A DNA stretch of 54,001 nucleotides, filler included, from Catajapyx aquilonaris (GCA_000934665.2; 2 parts of 2 records of this genome joined end to end with filler, not necessarily neighbours in it), one strand, 5' to 3'; positions 27,516 to 37,937 are shown, counted from the first letter of the whole stretch. The notes: generated by a model from the sequence alone, not told the origin. Translations and numbers: made by a program.

Positions 27516-28423
27516 CAGGGGTTGGACATAATAATAGGGCCCCCTGCAAAAAGCGGTTGAAATTTCGCGTCTGTTTTATTCGAAAACTGGAAAGGTTACA
27601 AAGATGACGTTTACCTGGATTGGAAGCTCTGTCGATGTACTATATCGATATAGTACATTTGTCAAGTTATGCAGAGGAGGCAAAAATCACAAGAGGTGGA
27701 GAGAAACAAAAAACGAACGATATCCCCAGACCCCATTGTTGACCCACCCTTTTCATTTGAAAACGAAAACAGTTACAGATATTGACTTTACTGGGTTTTG
27801 AAGCTCTATCGATGTCACTTTGTGCGGTATAGAGATGGACCCAAATTACCAACAGGGGAAGGGGGGAAAAAATAGAAACGACACCCCCCCCCCCCCNCCC
27901 CCCCCCATCCCCGGCACTGCTTGAATGCAAACAATGGAAAATTTTCGTCCCACTGCTAGTTAATGCTAACCTAGCAGTACCAGTGCCTAATATGGTACTG
28001 GTAAGGTAACTACGAGTATAGCAGTGGGACTAAAATTGGACCCAAATTTACAGTACATTATTTTGTCCAACCTCTTCTCAGATTTAGAGCCGGGGAAATG
28101 GGGTGTCGTTTCTATTCCCCGCTGCCCCTGTCGATAATTCTGGTCCTTCTCTATACGACCACACAAAGTGACATCGATAGACCTTCAAAACCCAGTAAAG
28201 TTCATATCTGTAACTGCTTTCGTTTTCAAATGAAAAGGGTGGGACACTGTTGTCAAACATGGGGCATGGGGGGTATCGTTTGTCTTTTGTTTCTCTTCCC
28301 TTGACAAATGTACATCGGACAGAGCTTCAAAACTAGGTAAAAGTCATATTTCTAACTTTTCTAGTTTTCGAATAAAACAGACGCTTTTCGCAGGGGGCCC
28401 TATTATTCTGTCCACAACCCCTG
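27516..28423. mobile_element. Long-TIR Tc1/mariner-type non-autonomous element (908 bp, TA TSD)
   Basis: TA|CAGGGGTTGGACATAATAATAGGGCCCCCTGC ... GCAGGGGGCCCTATTATTCTGTCCACAACCCCTG|TA; arms align for about 350 bp; the mirrored ORFs 27667 (-) and 28098 (+) reflect this. Confidence 0.85.
27940..28037. mobile_element. Small hairpin MITE in the centre of 27516-28423, related to 35493-35745
   Basis: AATTTTCGTCCCACTGCTA ... TAGCAGTGGGACTAAAATT. Confidence 0.6.
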
Positions 28424-28429
28424 TATATA

Positions 28430-28746
28430 CAGGGTGTCTCATCTTTTTTGTCCGACCAGTTATCGGAAAATTGCGCGTAGATGCTACTTTTTAAGCAGGG
28501 ACTTGCAAACGGTGATTTTTCGGAGGAACGGGGAATATTCCCTGCGAATCGTAGGTTGAAGTGGCGTACGTGCTGCCCGCTGAAAATTGAGGGTCAAGCC
28601 TAGAAAAATCAGGGTCACACATGCCATTGGATGTGTGACCCTCTTTTTCCACATTCCCCATTCCTCCGACAAATCACCGGTTGCAAGTCACTGCTTAAAA
28701 AGTAGCAGCTACGTGCAATTTTCCGATAACTGTTCGCACAAAAAAG
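28430..28746. mobile_element. Tc1/mariner-type MITE with a degraded right tip
   Basis: TA|CAGGGTGTCTCATCTTTTTTGTCCGACCAGTTATCGGAAAATTGC mirrored by GCAATTTTCCGATAACTGTTCGCACAAAAAAG; the right end runs into a (GACA)n-like tract. Confidence 0.7.
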
Positions 28747-29264
28747 GGCGAACAGCCAGACAGATGGAAAGACAGACAGAAAGACAGAAAGACTCACATC
28801 CGTTTTTATTGATATAGATAGATTGTCTTCTGAGAGAATTTTCTACCGTGAATTCTACAAATGAATGTAAAAAACATTGTTTGGAGGTTAGAGCACTATG
28901 TGAGTGATCAATTGAGTGGCATGTAACTTTTCAACATTTATCCGTTCTTTTTTTGTAGCAGGAATTGAGTCCTAATGTTCTCATTGGTTGTTTGTCATTA
29001 TTTATTTCAATATTTTAGAATTATATTTTTTTTCTCGTTTCTTATCATGGGAAAATGTTCAGAAAATGCAAGAGGACTGACATTGCGTTACTCAATTCTT
29101 CTCGGGTCTCAGGAGGATACAGTTATTTTATCTTTTAGTATTTAAATCATTTATACTGTAAGACTGTTGTAGCTTGTAGGCATAGGCATAGAAGATATAG
29201 GAGGGGTCTCAGTGTCAGATCAAAGGCGTCCATTTTTGGGAGGTGTAACATTAATACGTCCAAC

Positions 29265-29638
29265 GGGGAGGTGCGGTGACCGAGATGGTATAACGTCTCG
29301 GCTTGCTGAGTGAAAGGTCCCAGGTTCAATCCCCACCTGGGAGCTACCTTTCGCCTGCGTTGGGAGGGTCTCTGACCTGTACCTTGGAGGTGTCTGGCAA
29401 GTGGAAACCTAACCTCCTGGGGAACAGCACACATGACCCATAGCTAAGACATTGCACCTTGCACCCATGTTCCCTCCCCAACAATCCCTATCCTTTCCCA
29501 ATGTCCCTGTTTCCTGGCACTGGAGAATGAAGCTGGAAAAATAATAGAACACTGATGGTGGTGTGCCACGCTCCTATAGATCCCGTAAGGGACATCACGG
29601 GGCTCTTGACGGGGTAAATAAAATAAAATAAATGAATA
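29265..29638 (+). mobile_element. tRNA-derived SINE, family B
   Basis: A-box-like GGTGACCGAGATGG, B box GGTTCAATCCC, (TAAAA)n tail; TSD AATACGTCCA[A/G]C at 29253-29264 and 29639-29650. Confidence 0.85.
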
Positions 29639-30003
29639 AATACGTCCAGCAATAATGCATATTTTATTTCCTTATTATGTCATTAGGTATTAATTGCACA
29701 TTTGCGTATGTGACTGAGCCGCGGCAACATATGAATGCAAAAAGGTTCAGGATTGTACCAGTGAAAGTTAAGTAGGCCTCATCATCAGTTTTCGCTCATT
29801 TTACGACCAGTTTTTTTTTACTTAGCCGCCTTTGATCTGAGACCCCTCATTTGATTAGAATGTTAATGCTTTTTGAACTGAAGTTCCATTAGCGTTGCTG
29901 TTCCTTCATATTGGTCTGTTATTACAGGGGCAAAAGCTATCTGCATTTGTGCTTCGTAAGACGTTCTGGATGCGAGGCCATCAATAAGAATGGAGCAGCA
30001 GCC

Positions 30004-33000
30004 ATGAAGGGGGTTGCAGATGAAGCCCCCAAGACAACTACTCCGTTGTCAGCCACCGTTGCTGTTGCGACAGCAGCATTAGGAACTGTAGCTACAGCAT
30101 CGACAGTTGCCAGTGCGACTCAACAGCCCCCTCCAAGTCCAACATACCAACGGGTCCGTACCTACCCTGGGAACAGGCTGGGTAGCACCACTACACATGC
30201 ATCATCAACAACGTCAGCACTAATGCAGCAGGGAAGTGTTTCTGCAACTTCGCATAGTGTAGCAACCCTTGCCAACCAACAGCATGCCTTGCATCAGCAA
30301 CAGGCCAGGCACAAGGTTGCTACTGCTGCTGTTGCAGCTGCTGCATCTGCAACACCTACCACACCAGCCAACACAGGCAATGGCAGCAATGTAAGCAGCA
30401 CCAGCCAGCAGCAACAGTTCCAACACTTGAAAGAGGTTGCAGTATCGTATTTGAACGAGGTCAAATACAAGTTTGGCAGCCAACCACAGGTGTATGCGGA
30501 CTTTTTGGACATTATGAGACAGTTCAAGTCACAGTCCATTAATACACTAGGGGTTATTACCCATGTCTCAAGCCTCTTTAGAGGACATCCTGAGTTGATT
30601 GTTGGCCTCAACAGGTTCCTGCCACCTGGTTACAAGATAGAAGTGCAGCCTGGTGAACAGGTGTCAGTCAGCATGCCTGGTCAGACCACAATGGTGCACA
30701 TTCCAGCAGGGGCCACACTGACCAACTACACCCAGCTGACCACTTTGGCTCCAGTTGCTGCTGCCACCCCACCAGCACCAGTTGATGTAACAGTCAAATC
30801 CACGGCTCACCCTGTACACAACAATGTTCCTGTTGTAACCCCTGTTGCAATACCACCAGCTGCAGCAGCACCCCCTCCTGTGTTTGCAACAGCTCAACCT
30901 GTGGTGATGGCAACAGTACCACCACCTGCCCGTTCAGTGCCACCACCACCACCGCCACCTCCACCAGCTACAATTTCACAAGGCCGACCTGTTGAATTCA
31001 ACCATGCCATCAACTACATTAACAAAATCAAAAACCGGTTTCAGGGGCAGCTAGACAAGTACAAGCAGTTTCTCGAGATACTCCACACATACCATAAGGA
31101 GCAGCGCAATCTGAAGGAAGGTGCATCTGCAATTGCAGCTCCAGGAAAGCATCTGACAGAGGCAGAAGTGTACTCACAGGTTGCCAAGTTGTTTGAAAAT
31201 CAGGAAGATTTACTGCAGGAATTTGGCCAGTTCTTGCCAGATGCCACAAGCCATCAGGCATTTGCCGGAAAGAGTGTCAACAATGATCACGCTTCCATTG
31301 TGAAAAAGCCAGTGGTTACTGTTGCAAAACCACCAGTTGTTACCACTGTAGCTACTTCCATGCCTAAGTTTGGACCCACTAAGAGACCAGGATCCGCAGC
31401 AGTCATATTATCACAGGGACCTGCTATGAAAAATCCAAGGATGACCTCAACAGAAGTGTCAATGGCTGAATCTGGCTCGTTAATTGATGACACCTTTGAT
31501 AAGGTACATCGTGCATTCAAGTCTGCAGAGGTGTATGAGGATTTTCAGAGGTGTTTGGTGCTCTACAAAGAAGAGATTATGTCATGCCCACAATTGGTAC
31601 AACTGGTGACTCCTTTTCTGGGCAAATTTCCAGAGCTGTTTAAGTGGTTGAAGGACTCCCTGGGTTACCACAGTGATGGCATCCTGACATTTGATCCAAT
31701 ACCTGCTGCAGTCCCTAAGAATGAACAACCTGCTGGTGATCTTTCTATGGAGATTGACTACTCCACATGTAAGCGCCTTGGCGCCAGCTACTGTGCTTTG
31801 CCAAAAAGCTACATTCAACCCAAGTGTTCGGGCCGTACCAGCGTTTGCAAAGAGGTACTCAATGACACTTGGGTTTCCTTCCCGGCATGGTCTGAGGATC
31901 CCACTTCAGTGAGTTCTCATAAGACGCAGTATGAAGCTTACGTATATCAATGTGAAGGTGAAAGATTTGAGCTGGATATTGTCATTGAGACTAATGCAGC
32001 AGCTCTTCGCTCCCTGGAGGCAGTGCAGAAGAAGATGTCACGTATGCCTGCAGAGGAGGCTGCTCGGTTCCGACTTGATGATTGTCTTGGAGGCACCTCA
32101 CCAACTGTGAACCAGCGTGCCATACGTCGTATCTATGGTGATAAAGCCCCTGACATTATTGATGGACTAAAGAAGATTCCATCTGTTGCAGTTCCGATTG
32201 TCTTGCGGCGCCTAAAGGCCAAGGAGAAGGAGTGGCGTGAAGCGCAAAAGGGATTCAACAAGGTGTGGCATGTGCAGAATGAGAAGTACTATCTGAAGTC
32301 ACTTGATCATCAAGGGATAAACTTCAAGCAGAATGACGTGAAGGCCCTACAGAGCGAGAGCCTGTTAAATGAAGTAGAGGCATTGTACAATGAAAGACAT
32401 GAACAGCCTGAGGAAGGTGGGGAAGTGCCACAAGGTCCTCATCTTGTGTTGCATTATCGAGGCAAGAGTGTGCTTGATGATGCTGCCAACCTTCTCATTC
32501 ATCATGTGAAGTGGCAGACAGAAATACACAAGGGAGACAAGCAGAAAATCAAACGCCTGCTGCGACAGTTTGTGCCAGATATGTTCTTTTATCCACGCCA
32601 GGAACTCAGTGAAGATGAACGCGATGACGACGATGACAAGGAAAATGAGGCCAAGGATGAGCTTGACAGGCGGAGGCGATTTCGGTATGCTCCAATTCGG
32701 GACACCCCACCAACAGATGAGAGCTACACATTGTTGATGGGTAACAACAACTGGTACCTCTTGCTTCGCCTCCATCACATATTATGTGAGAGGCTGACAC
32801 GCATGTACGAACGTGCACTCCAGATAGCATCAGAAGAGGCTCATGAGCGTAAGGACCGACGTGAATCAACTGCTGTTGCTTTGCGATTGAAGCCCAAGAG
32901 TGAAATACATGTTGAAGACTACTATCCTGCATTTCTTGACATGGTAAAAAATGTACTTGATGGAAACATGGAAGCTAATGCTTACGAAGACACATTACGT

Positions 33001-33522
33001 GAGATGTTTGGCATCCATGCATACATTGCCTTCACCTTAGACAAAGTTGTTGGAAATGCTGTCCGCCAACTTCAGCACATTGTCACTGATGAGACGTGTT
33101 TGAGATGCATGGATGCATTCTTACAAGGACGGGGTGGTAGTGAGGCAGCATACCAACGTCGTGCTGAGCAGATGCTGGCTGAAGAAAACTGCTTTCGCAT
33201 TGCAGTATACAACCGTGACTGTCGCATGACGATGGAGCTATTGAGCACAGAAGTTGAGGAACCAGAACCAGTTGGTAAGGTTTCAAAATGGTCTTTGTAT
33301 GTTGAACGCTTCATAATGATTAATGACACTTTTCCACATGACTTGAAGGAAATGATGATGCCCAAGCCAGTATTTTTGCCACGCAACCTGCACTCTCGGG
33401 GTGCTGCAACAAAAGCGGAGGACTCTGAAAATGCATCCAAGGCAGCTGAGGGGGGGGGGGGGGGGGGGGGGNAGTTTTTGAGCACAACTATATCCACTCT
33501 TACCCTAAGAAATGCAAGATAG
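30004..33522 (+). CDS. Sin3A: Paired amphipathic helix protein Sin3A-like corepressor; intronless, diverged copy (probable retrogene); C-terminus uncertain
   Basis: Uninterrupted ORF (open from 29911, TTG; first in-frame ATG gccATGaag at 30004). PAH1 (SYLNEVKYKF..FLDIM..FKSQSI..FLPPGY), PAH2 (PVEFNHAINYINKIKNRF..EFGQFLPD), PAH3 (FLGKFPELF), HDAC-interaction region (CKRLGASY..CSGRT..VLNDTWVSFP..ERFELD..YYLKSLDHQGINFKQND) and C-terminal region (YEDTLREMFGIHAYIAFTLDK..PVFLPRN). Last residues cross a G22+N run. Confidence 0.93.
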   Translation: MKGVADEAPKTTTPLSATVAVATAALGTVATASTVASATQQPPPSPTYQRVRTYPGNRLGSTTTHASSTTSALMQQGSVSATSHSVATLANQQHALHQQQARHKVATAAVAAAASATPTTPANTGNGSNVSSTSQQQQFQHLKEVAVSYLNEVKYKFGSQPQVYADFLDIMRQFKSQSINTLGVITHVSSLFRGHPELIVGLNRFLPPGYKIEVQPGEQVSVSMPGQTTMVHIPAGATLTNYTQLTTLAPVAAATPPAPVDVTVKSTAHPVHNNVPVVTPVAIPPAAAAPPPVFATAQPVVMATVPPPARSVPPPPPPPPPATISQGRPVEFNHAINYINKIKNRFQGQLDKYKQFLEILHTYHKEQRNLKEGASAIAAPGKHLTEAEVYSQVAKLFENQEDLLQEFGQFLPDATSHQAFAGKSVNNDHASIVKKPVVTVAKPPVVTTVATSMPKFGPTKRPGSAAVILSQGPAMKNPRMTSTEVSMAESGSLIDDTFDKVHRAFKSAEVYEDFQRCLVLYKEEIMSCPQLVQLVTPFLGKFPELFKWLKDSLGYHSDGILTFDPIPAAVPKNEQPAGDLSMEIDYSTCKRLGASYCALPKSYIQPKCSGRTSVCKEVLNDTWVSFPAWSEDPTSVSSHKTQYEAYVYQCEGERFELDIVIETNAAALRSLEAVQKKMSRMPAEEAARFRLDDCLGGTSPTVNQRAIRRIYGDKAPDIIDGLKKIPSVAVPIVLRRLKAKEKEWREAQKGFNKVWHVQNEKYYLKSLDHQGINFKQNDVKALQSESLLNEVEALYNERHEQPEEGGEVPQGPHLVLHYRGKSVLDDAANLLIHHVKWQTEIHKGDKQKIKRLLRQFVPDMFFYPRQELSEDERDDDDDKENEAKDELDRRRRFRYAPIRDTPPTDESYTLLMGNNNWYLLLRLHHILCERLTRMYERALQIASEEAHERKDRRESTAVALRLKPKSEIHVEDYYPAFLDMVKNVLDGNMEANAYEDTLREMFGIHAYIAFTLDKVVGNAVRQLQHIVTDETCLRCMDAFLQGRGGSEAAYQRRAEQMLAEENCFRIAVYNRDCRMTMELLSTEVEEPEPVGKVSKWSLYVERFIMINDTFPHDLKEMMMPKPVFLPRNLHSRGAATKAEDSENASKAAEGGGGGGGXFLSTTISTLTLRNAR

Positions 33523-33759
33523 TTGGCCCAAGTAGAGTTGGACCAGGTTTGGAAAGGAGAAAAGAAGGGCTGGCCTTGATTGGGAATTTCAATATATTAT
33601 GACCACCCTTTGCAAGTGAAAGGGTTGAATGTAAAACACATGAATCTCCACTTGAAGTAATTTAGAAAAAAAAGTGTAGTCTTGCAATGGTAGGACATTG
33701 TAAATTTTTATTTATACGGAAAGTCAAAGATACCATTCGGTGAAGCTTATTTTCATTCA

Positions 33760-34908
33760 GGGCCGATTTCTCGAACAGTGGTTCAAATGTAAACAAGGTT
33801 CAAATCCGGTTTGAACCCAGTTCAGAGAAATTTCCATTTCTCGAGGCAAAAGTAGTAAACCCTGGATACGGTTTAAACTCGATTCACATCTGACGGTCCG
33901 ATTGCCGGCCGTTATCGGAAATAAACCGGGTTTGGAATGCCGGGAACAACAATGAAATGCGTCATTTTTTGACTAGTTGCCGACGTTACTCCGCAAAATG
34001 AGTTTTTATGGCACTTTTCGGAGGCCAAAAAATTCCCCCTGTGAACCATAGATAGTGCAAATCTTTGTCTTTCTAATGATGTATTTGAAACTTAGAAATC
34101 GCAACTATGTGTAATCATAATTAAGTTAATTGCACACCTCAGTTATCTCGGCCGTTTCTCATCCGAATTACTTCGCGAATGTATCGACGGCAAGCCAGAA
34201 ATGTGCGTGATAAAATTACATTGTGTTCTATTACACTAAAATTTTTAAAAGTATTGTTTTAGTAAGTTTAATAGACAAGTACTCAGCCCGATTTCTGGCG
34301 GGAATAGACGGCGATACTTTTAAATACGTTTAAAATTTTTAGTGTAGCACTATGTAATTTTATCACGCACATTTCTGGATTTCCGTCGGTACATTCGCGA
34401 AGTAATTCGGATTATAAGCGGCCGAGATAACAGATGTGTGTAATTAACTTAATGATGATTACAGAAATGGCGATTTCCGAGTTTCAAATATATCATTAGA
34501 AAGACAAAGATTTGCACTATCCAGGGTCCACAGCGTGAATTTTTTGGCCTCCGAGAAGTGTCATAAAAATTTCATTTTGCGGCGTAACGTCGGCAACTAG
34601 TCAAAAAATGTCACTTTCAAATGCTCTGTCCCTGTCCCTCACTCCACCGTCTAGACTTGCTGACTAGAGTTTGTTTACAAGCCGGTCAAGACTCGCGCTG
34701 AAGCTCAGACCGGTTCGGGGAACTGGGGACGACGCGACATGTGGCAACGGCGCAATTCTAACTGAGGCTTGTCGTTCACATAGTAACCGAGGGTTTGTTT
34801 ACGCTCGAGAAATGCTCACACTCGGAAGGGGAGTTTAAACTGCATCCAGCGTGTAGACGCAAACTCACAGTTCAAACTGACTTGAACCACTGTTCGAGAA
34901 ACCGGCCC
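33760..34908. mobile_element. PIF/Harbinger-like non-autonomous element (TSD TCA) with a nested foldback
   Basis: TCA|GGGCCGATTTCTCGAACAGTGGTTCAA ... TTGAACCACTGTTCGAGAAACCGGCCC|TCA. Confidence 0.85.
33954..34618. mobile_element. Foldback element with ~300-bp TIRs, nested in 33760-34908
   Basis: CATTTTTTGACTAGTTGCCGACGTTAC ... GTAACGTCGGCAACTAGTCAAAAAATG; an independent half-copy lies at 47719-47968. Confidence 0.8.
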
Positions 34909-35492
34909 TCAGAAGTTGAGAGGAAACCTAACATCAGATTATTTTAATTTTTAATATTTTGCTTTCTACCTACTATGTTTGTTATGTCCCCCCTCCCCCC
35001 CCCAGTTATAAATGATTTGTTTCTTGTACCAGTGTTTATGCAGCGACTTTTTGTTTTTAAACCTGTTTAAAGTGGTTGTTAATGTGGACCCAATGTAGTT
35101 ATCATTTAGTTTCTTGAAAGAGATAGGTCGGTCCAACCTGTAAGGAAAGTACCGGAAATAAATTGTGGCCATTAGGGAACACACTTTTTTTTATTGTGAA
35201 TGATCAATTCTCAGGGCCCTGTTCCATCCACCCCTGTTGTCCATCTACCCACGCCGCGCCGGGTTCTAATCATGGTGACCTCATAACAGGGGAGTAGGAG
35301 CGGNNNNNNNNNGGGGGGGGGGGGGGGGGGGGGGGGGGACGTGGTAAACAAACCGAACATCGAGAGAACTATCTGACATCTCGTTTAATTTACAGACTCC
35401 TATAGTCAACGGAAATCTGCCAAACTCAAATTAGTGCCTATTAGTATAGTGTGATGTTCATGTGATATCAGATCGTTCTTTTTTGTTGACAC

Positions 35493-35745
35493 GGGTGGAA
35501 TTTTCGTCCCACTGATAGTCACTGCTAACTTAGCAGCGAGGGGTTATTCACTAAGGGTATAGTGATAATCCGTGTACACCTTCGTAGGTAGTCCGAGGGG
35601 TAGTCCGAAGGTAGTCCGGGTAGTCCGTGTACGCAAAAAATGTAAGTGAATAATATATCCCTTGCTTAGCGGTACCATAAGTGTTGGCAATGGTTCTGAT
35701 ATTGATAAGTTAGCAGTGACAATCAGTGAGACGAAAATTCCACCC
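35493..35745. mobile_element. MITE nested in 35345-35905
   Basis: GGGTGGAATTTTCGTCCCACTGATAGTCACTGCTAACTTA ... TAAGTTAGCAGTGACAATCAGTGAGACGAAAATTCCACCC. Confidence 0.8.
35537..35664. mobile_element. P-element/hAT-like MITE (8-bp TSD), innermost of the nest
   Basis: CTTAGCAG|CGAGGGGTTATTCACT ... AGTGAATAATATATCCCTTG|CTTAGCGG; internal GGTAGTCC repeats; related to 50617-50763. Confidence 0.7.
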
Positions 35746-36031
35746 CTAGTTTACTCTTATTGTTGCATGAGGGCATTTCCATGGAAACTTGAAAAGTGTG
35801 AGGTTCCCGAGGAGCGTTTGGCAGATTTCCGTTGCCTAGGAGTCGGTAAACAAAAAGATGACGTCAGACAGTTCTTTCGTTTTACGCATACTCTTTGGTT
35901 TTACGGACTTTACCTGTTGTTTTATCAGAGGTGCAAACTCCAAGACCGTTTATAAACAAAGTAAAATAGTTTCAGTTTTTTTAAACGATGTCCTTACTGC
36001 CCCGCGAGTTTGTAAGCGCAAGATTGGGATA

Positions 36032-36229
36032 AGGTGAAGTGGGGTAAGTGCATACACGGGGTAAGTGCATAAACTGGCCGCCATATTGGAATGAAAATGA
36101 CTGACATGCTCACCTCTTGTGGGGATGTGATGTGCAGCTACACAAAAGAGTGCCTGACGTGTTTTGGTGTCGTCAGCCATTTTCATTCCAATGTGGCGGC
36201 CCCGTGTATGCACTTACCCCACTTCACCT
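36032..36229. mobile_element. pogo/Tc1-mariner-type MITE (198 bp, TA TSD)
   Basis: TA|AGGTGAAGTGGGGTAAGTGCATACACGGGG ... CCCCGTGTATGCACTTACCCCACTTCACCT|TA. Confidence 0.85.
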
Positions 36230-37574
36230 TAGTTATTTTCAACACTGAACTCTGGGATAGGCCGAGTACATCAAAACACCCTACACCGTGGTCAAAAGGA
36301 AGAGTTGGGAAGTTGGGAAGATCGAATTAAACTCAGTTTTTTATCATCTAATACAAACACTGCAGAGTTCCGTGGAAGTTCATAATGAAGGGGAGTTATA
36401 AGCAGTTAGAAAAACGTGGTCGGAAAGTTAGATACATAATATATGCGAGTGCATGCAGGTATAGATGCGGTAGAGGTTTGTGAATTTCCGTTCATACAAT
36501 AATTGGGGTAAAATCAAATTCAAAAGGTATATGGCGATATATTATTGAGGTGGGCAAATTCTTATTTCCCAGCCAATGCAAAGGTGGGATTTCAGATGGG
36601 TCGCAGGGTAGGGAATCACAGATACAGTATGTGAATTCACGGAGGAACGGGTGGGGGTAGGGGGTATGCATATGACTGGGGGATGGGCATCATCACTGGC
36701 TATAATTCCCTATGTCCGAAGCCATTAAAAATACGGTATGCACCACACTATATTAAAAACCCTATTCATAGTGTATATTGTTATCCCCTCTGATTTGTCC
36801 GCCGCATATTGTTGCTGCCACCTTCCGACTGGCCCCCATTCATTGTTGTTAACGCCTCTTTCCATTGGCCCGCGTCCAGCGCATGAGCAATGGGTGGAAG
36901 AACGCCACAGTCGCCTGCTGGACGTCAACTAGGAGTGATTGAACTCCCCAATTTTTCTACTCTTCCTCCCTGCCAGTTGCCCAGCGAAGCTGGGCAACTG
37001 GCAGGCAGGGCCCGGCAACTCCACCTGCCGGTTGCGCCGCGAAGCGGCGCCCGCCTAAAACGAATAGTAGGGAATCGCTACGATCCCAATGCTAATTTCC
37101 CGACTTCATAACTCGCGATCGGGTTAATCGATTTCAAATCGGAAACAAGATTTACACTCCGCTCCCTCCAGTTTCAAACTTTAGATCGATAAACAACAAC
37201 TAGGGCCATTACCGGGGGCACTATCCGGGGTCAAAGTTCACAATTCTGTCGTTACTTCGACATGGGTACAGCCTAAACGGTGCGTCGTAGAGGGTCATAC
37301 AATGCTTCATTAGAACCGCAATGTTCCAAGGAGGGGCGCTTCTGCCTACCTTCTTTTGAGAAAAACTTTTACTTTTTGAGTTTCGAGGCGATTTCTAAAG
37401 TGTCAGTTTTGTGGCTCTCGCTCTCTTTCTGTAACGAGACCGGATATACTTGGGAGGGGGGGTCCCAGTCTGGAGCCCACTTCCCCCACAGGGGGTTGAA
37501 GGGGGGAAACATTTTGGGACGAAAGGGGGGGCATCAGCAGGTTTTCACTTTATTTTGATGATGAAAAGAATTAA

Positions 37575-37937
37575 ATAAAAATAGGCAGTAAAACTGCAGA
37601 AAACTATTCTTCCTCTGGGTGAGATTAAAAGTAAGAAACAAGTCCATAGGTGGGGGTTGGTTCGTGTCACAGGGATGTGTGATAATTAAATTTAATTCAA
37701 AACATTCGTGCTTTGGGGCTGGGAAGAATTAGGCAGATATCGCTTTTATGTACGTACTCCTCCGACTCTAATACTCTGCCTAATTCTTCTCAGCCCCAAA
37801 GCACGAATGTTTTGAATTAAATTTGATTATCACACATCCCTATGCCACGAACCAACCCCCACCTATGGACTTGTTTCTTACTTTTAATCTCACCCAGAAG
37901 AAGAATAGTTTTCTGCAGTTTTACTGCCTATTTTTAT
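37575..37937. repeat. Palindrome with ~163-bp arms and a 37-bp spacer
   Basis: 37575-37737 is the near-exact reverse complement of 37775-37937 (a few substitutions). Confidence 0.9.

Larger units (their letters stand above)
35345..35905. mobile_element. Diverged inverted-repeat element hosting two nested MITEs
   Basis: gaactatctgac..tttacagactccta..caacggaaatctgccaaac mirrored by gtttggcagatttccgttg..taggagtcggtaaa..gtcagacagttc; exact tips unclear. Confidence 0.6.

Noticed and set aside
29911..30003. N-terminal extension MVCYYRGK from the ORF track
   Set aside because: It starts at TTG, which is unlikely in a eukaryote, and overlaps a candidate splice acceptor; the ATG at 30004 has good context.
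30220..33497. Minus-strand ORFs overlapping Sin3A
   Set aside because: Antisense shadows of a long coding region with no recognisable motifs.
36299..36965. Possible diverged TIR pair (aagagttgggaagttgggaagatc / gaactccccaatttttctactctt)
   Set aside because: Too many mismatches and no TSD.
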